Assembly (NCBI GenBank): GCA_964016885.1
Contig: OZ024741.1
Location: 197,966,001 to 198,030,000 of the forward strand
Reading direction: 5' to 3'
Length of the DNA stretch: 64,000 nucleotides
From: Eledone cirrhosa
Taxonomy: Eukaryota
Shown here: positions 27,108 to 39,654 of the stretch, in pieces
Numbering within the stretch: the first letter of the stretch is position 1
Layout: each line of letters opens with the position of its first letter
Program-made: the position numbers and the translations under genes
Notes under the pieces: model-generated
What the model was told of the DNA's origin: nothing
What the model saw: only the letters and a program-made list of their open reading frames with translations
The model's database searches: none

Positions 27108-27599
27108 ATATACAATGACATAATACTGCTTAACAATATTGATTTGTTTTATTTTTCATTTTCTCGTCTAGATATAGCAAATGGAAATCTAAACGAAAAT
27201 ATTGTTTTCTTAAAGATTTTTCCCCTAAAAAGACACAATGGGAGAAATGTATTGTTTGAGATTGCGGGAAATTGATTAAAAAAATTTGATGAAATTTCTG
27301 ACATGTTAAACTGCAAAATAAATTTAGGGATTAAATAAAATCTTATGCAATATATTGTTACTTGTTAGAATGGATGAAGTTGCTTCTGAAATGTAAAATA
27401 AAGACAGCTTAGAAGTCAGTTTTATTATATTAATTTGTGTGCTTGTCGGACTCTTGACAGATTACATTAAAATTACATTTATTAAGATTAATTTAGAGAT
27501 ATTTTATTTTCAACACAATTTTTTGCAATTCAGTTGTGATATATTCAGTCCTGATATAAACTCATACTGAACTTTTTATTTAATTGAATTAAATACATT

Positions 27600-27776
27600 C
27601 AGTATCGGTAGAGGGTCGGACGCCATGCTTTCCAGCATAGTTACGTCCCTTTACGATCTGAGTTCAAATCCTGCCGAGGTTGACTTTGCCTTTCATCCTT
27701 ACGGGGTCGATAAAATAAAGTACCAGTGATGCACTGGGTAATTGCTGGCCTTGTGCCTAAAGTAGAAACAATTATC
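27600..27776 (+). mobile_element. tRNA-SINE, slightly 5'-truncated
   Basis: Near-identical to the 26875 copy. Confidence 0.9.
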
Positions 27777-28124
27777 AATTAATTCCAGATATTTCTAGAA
27801 ATTCATAAATAAATTGTCAAAATTTAACAAATATATCTTTGAACGAATGTGGCATGTTAATAAATTTCACAAACATTGTAATCCTTTAGGGTTCAAAGTT
27901 TTACTCTAATAGTGTACCTACTCTGCATAACAGCATTAATTTTATAAGTTAAAATTATATTAAGATAGCTGCACACTAACAGATTTAGTGATTGATTACG
28001 TACAGAATGAGTGAAAATTCCACGTTATATAGATTTTCTTAATTTATAGATCATTATAACATTGTTATATTACGTTAAAACCTTCGATTATTATTTCATT
28101 TTTGTTTCAGTAAAGTAGTTGACA

Positions 28125-28990
28125 GCGTGGGACAGGAAATTGCTTAGGGCGCCGGACAAAATGCTTTGCAGCATTTAGTTGAGACCCATTATGTTATGAC
28201 TTCAAATCTCGCCAAAGTCAACTTCGCCTTTCGCGTTTCCGGTGTTGATAAGGTAAATACAAGTTAAACACTAGAGTTGATATAATCGTCTTTTCCTTCC
28301 CCCTCAAAATTACTAGCCTTGGCCAAACTTTGAAAATATAGAAATCACTATGTTAAAATTTCGGTTGTGTTTTCAATTTAGTTCCCTGGTTAAGTTTATC
28401 TAGCATGTAACACTCGAACATGTGTATGTAATATGTAAGAGCAAATAGAATGTATAGATAAAAATATAGAGAGATCAACAATATCAAGACGAAAAAAAAG
28501 CTTGAACACTTTCAGGTTGAACATAGATTAAAATTACATTGAGATTTGTTGAGATATGAGATTGTTTAGACAGCGGAATGAATGCTTCATAATATTTCCT
28601 TTCGTCCTCCTCATTCGGTCTTCAAAACTCACTAAGGTTTACTCAGTCACCTTTTCTGCATCCATATGACAAGCACAAGTAACATAACAGTCGATTCGAT
28701 TGACTAACCCATCCCTTACAATATTAGTTTTGTGCCTAATCAAAATAAACAATTTTTACTTATAGTGTTAGGGGTATGCAGAAACAAGAGAGTACCTGTG
28801 TGTAAAAACAGGAGAAACTCGGTCTACAGAAACAAAAGAGTGCAAGACTAAAAAGCCTTACAATATTTAGTCGCGTTCCTTGATGTTCTGAGTTCAAAAC
28901 CTGCTGGAATAGATTTTCCCTTTCGTCCTTCCTGGTTTAATAAACTAAATAAAAATGCCAGAAAGTTATTGAAGTTGATTTAATCTGCAA
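28125..28990 (+). mobile_element. Cluster of about three highly decayed SINE copies
   Basis: Remnants such as cggacaaaatgct..ttcaaatctcgcc..aacttcgcctttc (28150-28330) and gttctgagttcaaaacc..tttcgtccttcc (28885-28935). Confidence 0.55.
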
Positions 28991-29039
28991 TAAACCTTCA
29001 ACTCTAAACATGGGCTTTAATATGGCACGGTTTTATTCC

Positions 29040-29190
29040 CAAATTAATGTAATTTATTATACACTGATATATTCAGACTAGTTTCCTCATCATGGTTGTT
29101 ATAGATACAGCCTTTCGGCCACTCCACACACCGGCCTTCCTTGGGTGCCTGTCGTATTCGGTAATGTCCTCGGAATCTGAAACAAAAAAC
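29040..29190 (-). repeat. Decayed hammerhead-like / PLE pseudo-LTR-like fragment
   Basis: Minus strand CCAAGGA-AGGCCGG..UGGCC-GAAA-GGCUG-UA. Stem II and GAAA are present but the 5' core is non-canonical. Confidence 0.4.
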
Positions 29191-29789
29191 AATGTATTTC
29201 ACGTTTATGCGTCTATATTTTCTCTTTTATTCTGACGTATAATACATGGGTTATTTACATTTAGTCAAAAGAACGTTCGAGTGGAAAGATATAACTGCCA
29301 CAATGGGACGACGAACTAAATTATTCCGGGATAAATTATTCTACATCCTGCTTGAATCTACAAGATCAACTATACAGAAAATTCGACCCAATATTCGGAG
29401 TACACTTCTACATCTATAGTTAAAGATATAATCAACTTTGCCTTGAATCTTTCACAGGGCTGATAAAATAAGTACCAGTGATATATTGAATCAATTAATT
29501 ATCAGCTTAATCAGAAACTAATATTAGTCATATTTGTAAACATTAAAGAACGTTATTTGAAATGAGATGAATATGATATGAGAGAAAATCATAAGAATTA
29601 ATATCTTTTTCGTCAAATTAATAATCCTTACTCAGATTTAACATTGTCCCCTAAACATTCTTGTAATTTAAAACATAAATCTATTATTTCAAATATAATA
29701 TTATAATATACTCCATCTGTTAATACTTTATGCATAGAGTTTTACTAAAATAAAAATGCCATTACTCTTTAGAGTAACAATGCTTCCTT

Positions 29790-32700
29790 ATAATAATGAT
29801 AATGCTTTCTTTATTAACCACAAGGGTTTACACAAAGTAAAACATTAAGGAGAGTACAGGGCGGTACAAATGGACATTTCTGCGTGTAAAAAAAAAAGAA
29901 AAGAAAAGAAAAAAAAGCAGATGATGTAACTAAAAAAGAAACAATGAAAAATTCTACAATATGGAGGAGACTTCCGAGGGACATTCGTGGAGAAAGCCCA
30001 TTAAAAAAGCCACGGTGACACTGACCACCAGGGCAAGTGCCCTCTCCCAGTTTTCCACCTTCAATTTACAGGCGCATACTCAGAGTAGACCCATTCACTC
30101 GGGCCATGCTTGCCTCTCTCACCCATCTTTCAACAAAATGCTGGGAAGAGAGTACTTCCCTCTCTACCCTGATATTCCTTTTCAACTGAAATATGAAAAA
30201 GTTAATCAGGGCATCACCGAAGAGGTAAGTGCTCGTCTTCAGCCCTTTCAAACGCGTCCACCACACTATCGCTTTCGCCATGGCCACCAGACAGATAAAA
30301 ACTGCCTGCCCTTCCCGGCTAAAGGAAGAGGGCGGGGCAATCCTCACGATGGACTCAGCTGATAGCCGGATCCGTTCTACACGCGACAGCAGGTGTTTGA
30401 CATAAACCCAAAAGTCAGCAATGCTCGGACACTGGACGAGTGCGTGCAGGACGGTTTTGTCGCCCTGCGCGCATCTCGGACATGCCCGGCTGACGGCATT
30501 TCCATGCCTGTAGAGTTTATCCAGAACTGGCAAAGCTCCTCGGTAACACTGCCAGGCCAGGGATTTCTGGAAGTTGTCCATAGGCCACGTCCCGAAAGTT
30601 CTCCTGAACAGATTGGTTAGTTGATTTTCGTCGACGCCCAGAGTCTCCGCAAGTACGTCGTCGTTCTTCCCCTCTAATCCTCTATAGAACACCGAGGTGG
30701 ATTTTTCCACCGATCACATTGCCCGACTGGTCGAGGGCTGTGAGCGCCTGAAGACATACCAATCTCCAAGCGCTCCCTCTGGGTCTTCGTTTGACCCAGG
30801 ACTGCAGCTCCGTCAAGGAGACGAGCTGGAGAAACACGCGTCTAGCAAGCGACGACCACACCTGATCACCGTCGATGAAGAGGTGGAAATGTCGTAGCCT
30901 GAGCGCGTGTCTGCGCATCATCAGCCACGGCATGCCCAGCCCTCCACGTGGCGGGTGTTGACAGCAGATGGACCGCCTGACCATCGGAGCTCGTCCCTCC
31001 CAAAAAAGCTAAAGAGCAAACGTTCCAGCGCAGTCAGGCGAGGCTTAGGACAAGGAACGACGGTCAAGCGGTAGTAGATGACGGACGCGATGTACGCATT
31101 CGCCACCTCCGCTCGACCTTTCAGGGATAGCTTCCTCTCTGCCCATTTCTGGGTGAGAGAAGCCACCCTGCTCGTCACCTCGTCCCAGTTTTTGTCCGTC
31201 TGGAGGTCTGGACCGAACCAGACCTCTAGCAATTTAACCGGTCCGTCCGTCCAGCGCCCGACGACGCTGTTGGACAAAATGGACTTGCCTCTCCAGGTGC
31301 CGAGCTGCAGACCCACCGTCTTTTCGTGGTTTATCATTGTTCCTGTCACCGCCTCGTATTCTATTAGTGTAATGCGGATCGCCTCGATGTGTTTGGCGCT
31401 CGACGCCACTACGGTGACATCGTCTACATATGCTGACACGGATCTTCCGCATCCTAGTTCGCGCGGGACACCCCTCAACGTCTCCAGTTTGTGCAGTAAT
31501 TGTTCGAGAGTCAATACGTACAACAGGGACGAGAGGGGACATCCTTGGCGGACCGAGTGCATGATGTTGAACGGTACCGAAAGGTGACCGTTCACTCTCA
31601 CCACAGAGCAGATGTCGCTGTGCATGGCAGCGATCCAGCCTCTTAAGACGGGCCCAAAGCCAGCCGCCCTCATGGCTGCCGCCAGATAACTATGGTCGAC
31701 CCTATCGAAAGCTTTCGACTGATCTAAATTTATCAAAGACTCATCCGTGCCAAGTTCCCTAGCTACCTTCTCCACGATGTATCGCATGAGGTTGAGGTTG
31801 TCGTGGATGGATCTATCTGGGATGGCGCATGTCTGCGCCTCTTCCACCAGACCACCAACTACAAGCGCCAACCTCTTTGCTAGCACCTTGGCCAAAATCT
31901 TGAAGTCTGTGTTTAGCAGAGTTATGGTCCTGAAATTATCTATGTTATCCTCCTTGTTTGGATCCTTTCTCAGCAGCGCTACAGCTCCTCGGCTCACAGA
32001 GCTGGGAATTCTCCCGTTCTGTTTCCAGTTGCAGTAGACGTCCGCCAAGAGGTCTCCGAACAAGTCTGGCATGTGTACGTAAAGTTCGTAGGGAAGACCA
32101 TCCAAACCAGGCGATTTACCCCTTGTGCAGTCAGTCATTGCCTCCCGTACTTCAGCGGCTGTTATTAGCTTTTCGCAACACTCAGTGGCCGAGAGCCGCG
32201 GCAGTCCATCTAGGTAGGCACTAAAGTCCATCCTGCGATCCGGCCCGCCGCTGCCCCAGAACAGCTGGGCGAAGTGTCACTTAAAAGCTTCACACATTTG
32301 CCCGGGATCGAGTAGCATGCGCCCGTCGTGGTTCACCAAAGACCGGATCGTGGCTTTCTTGCCACGACGCGCCCCCGCCACTCGGGCCCATTGAACGGCT
32401 TTCGTCCCCTCGTGTCTGAGAGCAAGCATCCTAGCTCTGAAAATGCAGCCTTCGTGCTTTGCATTGAAGAATTGGTCAATGACCAATTTCGCCGTAAGCA
32501 CGTCGGTCGCGATGCCTTTACTAAGCGCCTCGTCTAATTTTCTAACTAGTTCTCCCTCTGCTCTATTTTTCTCTATTGCTAAAGCCTTACTAAATCTAAT
32601 CGATTCTATTCTAATCGCTCTTTTCAGAGCAAACCACCATTTGTTGTTGACGATGGCCTCCGTCAACGCCTGCTTAACTAGTTCGTTAATCCGGCCTTGC

Positions 32701-33729
32701 GCGCTATTAACAACGCGTTTAGCTTCCAGTAGCCGGGTCCCTGTCTATAAAGCCTATTTAAGTCAACCTCACAGATCACGAATTTGTGGTCCGTGTAGTG
32801 GATTATTTTGAATTGTGGACAGCCTATGCTAGACCTATCTATTTCCCTACAAGATACCCTATCTAGATATGATCTGGATGACCCGACGCGCTTTGTCCAA
32901 GTCCACATTGGCACATTCGGGAAATCCAGACGGTACCTGTCAGACAGTTGAAACCGTCTGAGTAGGTTTGCGAGGCTTTTACACCCTCCTCCTATATCCG
33001 CTAATTCCACAAAGTCCCAGCGTCCATCTAAGATCCCGTTCCAGTCGCCCACTAACACTAAAGAGCGTGACGTTCCAAGAAAGGTCTCCAGACGCCGGAA
33101 GATATCATGCCGCCTTGCTCCTGTCAGACCATAGACGGCCACTAGCCTGAAAGATCTCCTGTCTCCGCTGGTCACGTCCAGCACTACCAACTTATCTTCT
33201 GGGTCCAGGAAGATGGCGCGATTGGCGAGATCCAAGCCTCTCCGAAAAAGCACAACAACTCCCCCCCCCCATCCTGGAAGGCTGGGAGGTGCGTATACAT
33301 CGTAGCCGCCGAAGATCGGTGTGAAGGCTCGTGCTTCTGAGATTCTGGTCTCGCTGATGGCCACCACATCTATGTTTAGTGACCTGAGGTCGTTGAGCAG
33401 GTGGCCCTGCTTCCATGACGACACCAGGCCACGCGCATTTATGCTGCCTATTCTGAGCAAGGTCATGTTGAAAAGGAGTGGGAAAAGATGGGAAAGACCA
33501 CTTACTTCACTTCTTGTGGATTAAGGATGGTTTTTCCGTATTCTCACCTTTTGTGCCCCCCCCCCCCCCCCCCCGAAAGATGTCTTTATAAATCCTCCTG
33601 GAAAGTGTTTGTCGGAAGTCTCCGATGTCCTTGGGAAATTTTAATTCTAGTACCGTGTGATGCGAGTGATTTGAATGTGTGTGTGGGGGGGGGGTTAATT
33701 TTTGGGGTGTTGTATAGTCTTTTTCTGTG
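29790..33729 (-). mobile_element. L1/Tx1-like LINE copy A (ORF2 decayed, 5'-truncated in ORF1), (ATT)n tail
   Basis: APE (IGSINARG, ISET, GDWN, YLDR, TDH, GPGYWKLN), RT (KSPGLDGLP, LDQSKAFDRV, VRQGCPLS, YVDD), C-terminal CPRC..TVLHALVQC; several frameshifts. Confidence 0.92.
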
Positions 33730-36700
33730 ATAATAATAATGATTTCTTTATTGACCACAAGGGCTAACATGAAGAAAAGCATTACAGACAGCACAGGACG
33801 ATAAAAAGTGGGTTTTGGCCGTGTATAAAGGTTATAAAAGACAGACACGTGTAAAATAAATTAAAATCCAAACAACAAAAAATTCCCCAATAAGGGGGAA
33901 GCCACCGAGGGTCACTCGTGGCGAAAACCACACAAAAGACCACGGCCACGCTGACCACAAGGGCAAGCGCCCTCTCTGTTTTCCACTCCTCAGTCTACAA
34001 GTGCATACTCAGAGTGGGCCCTTTCACTCGGACCAGATTCGCCACTTTCATCCACCTTTCAACAAACTTACTAGAAGACAGCACTTGTCTCTCCTCCCTG
34101 ACTTTTTTCTTCAAGTGAAACTTGAAAAAGTTAATCAGGGATTGGCCGGAGAGGCAAGTGTACGTCTTCTACCCTTTTAACCTTGTCCACCAGACAATCT
34201 CTTTCGTCATGGCCACCAGGCAGATGAAGACTGGTTTCCCTTCCTCCTCTTTAAAGGAGGATGGCGGGGCTGTCTGCACAATAGACTCAGTCGATAACCG
34301 GATCCGTCCTACACGTGACAGCAACTGTTCGACATAGCTCTACAAGTCAGCAATCCTCGGGCACTGCGCGCATCTCGGACAGGCTCGGTTGACAGCACCT
34401 CCATGCCTGTAGAGTTTATCCCGAACCGGCAACGGTCCCCGGTAGTACTACCAGGCCAGGGATTTCTGGATATAGCCCATAGGCCCTGGGCTGAAAAAGT
34501 TCTCTTGAAGAGAGCAAACAGCTGATCGTCTTCGACGCCCAGGGTTTCTCCGAGAAAGTCACCGCTCTTCCCCTCCACTAGCCCTCTATAGAACGCCAAG
34601 GTGGATGTTCCACTGATATCAGTGCCCAGCTGGTAGAGGGCGGTGAGCGTTTGGAGACATTCCAGCTTCCAAGCGCTATCCCTCGGTCTTTTTCTGATTC
34701 AGGACTGCAGCTCCGTCAAGGAGACGAGCTGTGGAAAAGCGCGTCTGGCAAACGGCGACCACACCTGTTCACCGTCAAGGAAGCACCAGAGATGTCACAG
34801 CCTCAACGAATGTTTGCGCATCATCAGCCACGGCATGCCCAGTCCTCCAGGCAACGGGTGCTGACAGCAGGAGGTAGCAGTTGACAACGCGATCTACGCG
34901 TTGTCAACTGCTATTTCTGGGTGAGAGGGGCCACCCTGATCGTCACCTCGCTCCAGTTTTTCTCCATCTGGAGGTCCGGAGCGAACCAGACCCCGAGCAA
35001 TTTAACCGGTCCTTCCGTCCAGCGCCCCATGACGCTGTCGGACGGCATGGACTTGCCTCTCCAGGTGCCGAGTTGCAAACCCACCGACTTTTCCTGGTTT
35101 ATCTTTGCTCCTATCACCGCTTCGTATTCCTTGAGAGCGGTGCCGAGCATCTGGACGTGTTTGGTGCTCGACACCACCACGGTGACGTCGTCAGCGTAAG
35201 CTGACACGGATCTCCCGCATCCCAGTTCGCGTTGGACACCTATCAACGTCTCCAATTTGTGCAGTAACGGCTCGAGGGCCAGTACGTACAAGAGGGACGA
35301 GAGGGTGAAACCCTGGCGGACCGAGCGCATGATGCTGAAAGCCTGCGACACGTGACCATTTACCCTCACAATCTAGCAGATGTCGCTGTGCATCGCAGCG
35401 AACCAGCCCCTAAAAATGGGCCCGAAGCCGACCGCCTCAGGGACCACAGCCAAGTACCGATGGTCGAACCTATCAAATGCTTTTGATTGATCCAAGTTGA
35501 TCAGGGCCCCACCCGTGCCAGGTTCCTTCATCGGCCTCTCTATGATATCACATGAGATGGAGGTTGTCGTGGATAGATCTGTCCGGAATGGCACATGTAT
35601 GCGCCTCTCCCACCAGATCACCGACGACAAGCGCCAATCTCTTTGCTAACACCTTGGCCAAAATCTTAAACTCTGCGTTTAACAGAGTTATGAGCCTGAA
35701 GTTGTCTATAACATCCCCCTTGTTCGGGTCTTTTCTCAGCACAGCCACCGCACTTCGGCTCACAAAACTGGGGATGCTCCCGTTATACTGCCAGTTGCAG
35801 TAGACATCTACCAAGAGGTCGCTGAACAAGTCTGGCATATACGAATAAAGCTCGTACGGAAGACCATCCAAACCTGGCGATTTACTCCTCGTGCAGTCAG
35901 ACATCGCTTCCCGTATTTCACCTGCTGTTATCGGCTGTTCGCAGCACTGCGCTGCGGTCGTCGAGAGCCGAAGCAGTCGGTCGAGGTATGCACCTAAGTC
36001 CATACTCCGATCCGGCCCGTCGCCGTTCCCGAACAATTGAACGAAGTGCTGTTGAAAAGCCGCACACATCTGCTCGGGTTCGATCTGCACCCGTTTTGAT
36101 CAGGCAAAGACCGAATTGGGGACTTGTTGCCACGTCGCGCGTCCACCACCCGGGCCGATTGGACAGCTTTTGTTCCCTCTTGTCTCGGAGCTTTCATGCT
36201 TTGCGTTAAAGAATTGGTCGAGTGTCAATCTCGCCGCAAGCACGTCGGTTGCGATGCCTGTCCTAAACGCTTCTTCTAGCTTTCTAACTAACTCTCCCTC
36301 TACTCTATTTTCCTCTATCACTACTCCTTTGCTAAACCTTATCGATTATACTCTAATAGTCCTTTTCAGGGTAAACCACCACCTGGTGTTGACGATCACA
36401 CGCTTAACTAATTCGCCAATCCGGTCTCTGTAAGCTTTGCGCGCCGGCAACGACCTGTTCAGCTTCCAGTAACTGGGCCCTTGCCTATGGAGTCTATCTA
36501 AGTCAACTTCACAGATCACAAATTTGTGGTCCGTGTAGTCGACTACTTTAAATTGTGGACAACCTACACTAGCCTTATATGTTTCCCTACATAATACCCT
36601 ATCTAAATACGATCTGGATGACACGATGCTGTTTACCCATGTCCACATTGGCACATTCGGCTACTAGTCTGAAAGCATTGCATTCGTTGCCTGTCACGTC

Positions 36701-39158
36701 CAGCACCACCGACTTACCTTCTGGATCCAGGGAGATGGCCCATAGGGCGAGATCCAAGCCTCTCCGAAAAAGCACAGCAACTCCTCTCCCCGATCCTGGA
36801 CGGCTGGGAGATGCGTATACATCGTAGCCGCCGAAGATCGGTACGAAGGCCCGTGCTTCGGAGATTCTGGTCTCGCTGATGGCCACCACATCTATGTTTA
36901 GTGATCTGAGGTCGTTGAGCAGGTGGCCCTGCTTCCAAGATGACCCCAGGCCACGTACATTTATAGTGCCTATTCTAAATACGGCCATGCTGGGTAAGGA
37001 GAAAGGATCACTTACCTTGATCGAGTGGGGAGGGGACAGTAGAACCGTCCCTTCGGCTGGTCATGGGTGTCTACAAGATGATATCTGTATAGATTCTCTT
37101 GGAGAACAACCCCCTGAAATCCCCAACTGCGTTGGGGAGTTTTTGTTTTATTTGTTAATTGTTTTGGTAATGTCCTTGGTGTTGGTGGGGTGTGGTAATT
37201 TACGTCTGAAATATCGGTACGCTGTTTTATATGTTGCATCAATCCGTGGTGTGCAATATTTATGGCTGTGTATTTTGGGGGGAGAGGGATGGTTTTGTTT
37301 CTGTTTTCTTGTAGTTGCTGTTGGGTGTGTGTGCTTTGTTCTGTTTGTGATGTTGCTTTTTGTGGTGATGCTGGTGGTGGTGTGGTTGTTGTTGGTAGTG
37401 ATGCTTGTCGTGGTGATGGTGGTGGCGTTACTGCAAGTTGCCTTGCAGCCTTTACCCTTCTTTGTTTGTCCTCGGTTTTGCAGGGCAAAGCTATGTGGTT
37501 CTTTCGTTTTTGGTTTTTGTGGCAGACCTTTTGCCACTTCACTGCCGCCTCATACTCCATGTCGGATTCCGTGGAGTCTGGGAGGGGTATGTGCTCCACG
37601 GCTGTTGGTGGTGGTAGTATAGCACTCACCGGCGATTTTGTTTCTGGTGCAGCTACTGCAAATGTAGCTACTGCCGCCACTGCTGCCGCTGTTTTAGTTG
37701 TCCATGGCCTTGGTATAGGTGCCACGGACGTTTCCCTCCTATTCACCGTGGACGGGTCTTCTGCCTCTGTTGCCTGCCGTGCTCTTGGTAGCAACGGATC
37801 AGGCGTCAAAAGGAGGGGGGGCCTCTTCTTGGCTGTCTTCTGCGGGAAAAAGGCACTGAGGTGACCCTTTTGCTCACAGAGATAGCACTTTGGGCGCCTT
37901 CCTTCTACGCTTATAGGGAGTTGGAGTCCTTCCTCGTGGTCTATGATATCTGGGATGGCCTCGATGCACTCCTGGTCAGTTTGTATTAGCATTTGCATGC
38001 CTATACCTGACCAGTTCTCTCTTCCCATTCTCTGTACTTGCAGTATGGTGGCCCTGTCCTCAATTCCAGCAAATACAGACGCGGCCAGCCAAGGTATGGG
38101 CACGTCGGGCGGGACCTGGGTCACTTTGACCCTCACAATTTTCTGTAGGAGGGCACCAAGACTATCTCCTCACTCTTTATGGTTTCCAATGAGTGAGACT
38201 TTGTCTCTTGGGAGTGGCGAAAAGAACGTCTACTGTGGCATACTTTTTGCCTCGGGTGATGTGGGTTTTGCGAGCCCAGAAGCACCCCAAGGCCTTTTGG
38301 TTTTAAGCCTCCGTGGCTCTCTCCACTCGTTGTGACATTTTGCTTACGGTCCGGCAAGTCAAATCCGTAGCTGCTGGTCCTTGAAAAAATCGGGTGGAGA
38401 GGTTTCAGGGAAACTCTATTGTCATATCTAGTCACCATGGCCCTTGCGACTGTCATCTCCTCCTCGGTGACTACCACTGTTTCTATATTTCGGGCCACAC
38501 CTGCAAAAGAAGTGGACCCTTTCTCATTGGCACCATTATTGCTGCCGCTACTGCTGCTACTGGTCTTGTTGGTGCTGTTGTTGTTGCTACTGCTACAAAC
38601 GGTGTTGTTGGTGTTGTTGCTGTTATTACTGTTGTAGTTGGTTGTGTTTTTGGTACCACCGTTTTTGTTGTTCTCGGTGCAACCTGTTGGTATTGTCGCT
38701 GTTTATTTTCTTGTTAGAAGTGTTAATATCGTTATTGCATTCGTCATTTTTTTCTGTTGTCTGAATGTTGGTTGTCGCTGTTACTGTTGTAGTTGGTGTG
38801 GTCATTTTTTTTAAATTAGTGTTCCCAGTGTTGTTGTCATTGCTGTCTTTGTTCACATTATTTGTGGTGGTGTTTGTTGTATCAATTTCTGTAACCATCC
38901 TCTCAACTTTTACGCCGTTGTCATACGACAGCAGACATATTGCTGGGACCGTGGCTGAGCCATGTTTTTTTTAAATAATTTTTAAAAGTAAAATGTTCAA
39001 ATATTTGGGCCAAAAGGCCCAAATATTATACTTTCCTCTTCACAGGGCAAATTCCAAGGGCTTATATCCCTTACACAACAAGAAATATTTAACAAATAAT
39101 TATAATAGGTAAATAAAACCATTTACTGGGAGCGAGCAAAAAGACGTCTGATCAGACC
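33730..39158 (-). mobile_element. L1/Tx1-like LINE copy B, divergent subfamily with both termini; decayed ORF1 (38898-37012) and ORF2 (36988-~33995)
   Basis: ORF1 has low-complexity arms and a gag-type knuckle CYLCEQKGHLSAFF (last Cys lost). ORF2 has APE/RT remnants (YADD) with internal deletions. Both ends abut (TAA)n. Confidence 0.9.
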
Positions 39159-39207
<49 letters not shown>

Positions 39208-39583
39208 TTTCTTTATTAACCACAAGGGTTTACATAAAGTAGACATTAAGGACAGTGCAGGACAATGCAGGACGGTACAAATGGGCATTTCTGCGTGTAA
39301 AAAACAAAAACAGAGGATGTAACAAAAAATAACAATGAAAAATTCCCCAATAGGGGGGGGGGAGACTTCGAGGGACATTTGTGGAGAAAGCCCAGTAAAA
39401 AGCCACAATGACCCTGACCACCAAGGCAAGTGCCCTCTCCCAGTTTTCCACCTTTAATTTACAGATATATACTCAGAGTAGGCCCATTCACTCGGGCCAT
39501 TCTTGCTTCTCTCACCCATCTTTGAACAAAATGCTGGGAAGAGAGCACTTCCCTCTCTACTCTGATTTTCCTTTTCAAATGAA
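39159..39583 (-). mobile_element. Tx1-like LINE 3' fragment C
   Basis: Homologous to 29800-30190, with a (TAA)n tract on each side. Confidence 0.9.
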
Positions 39584-39652
<69 letters not shown>

Positions 39653-39654
39653 TA

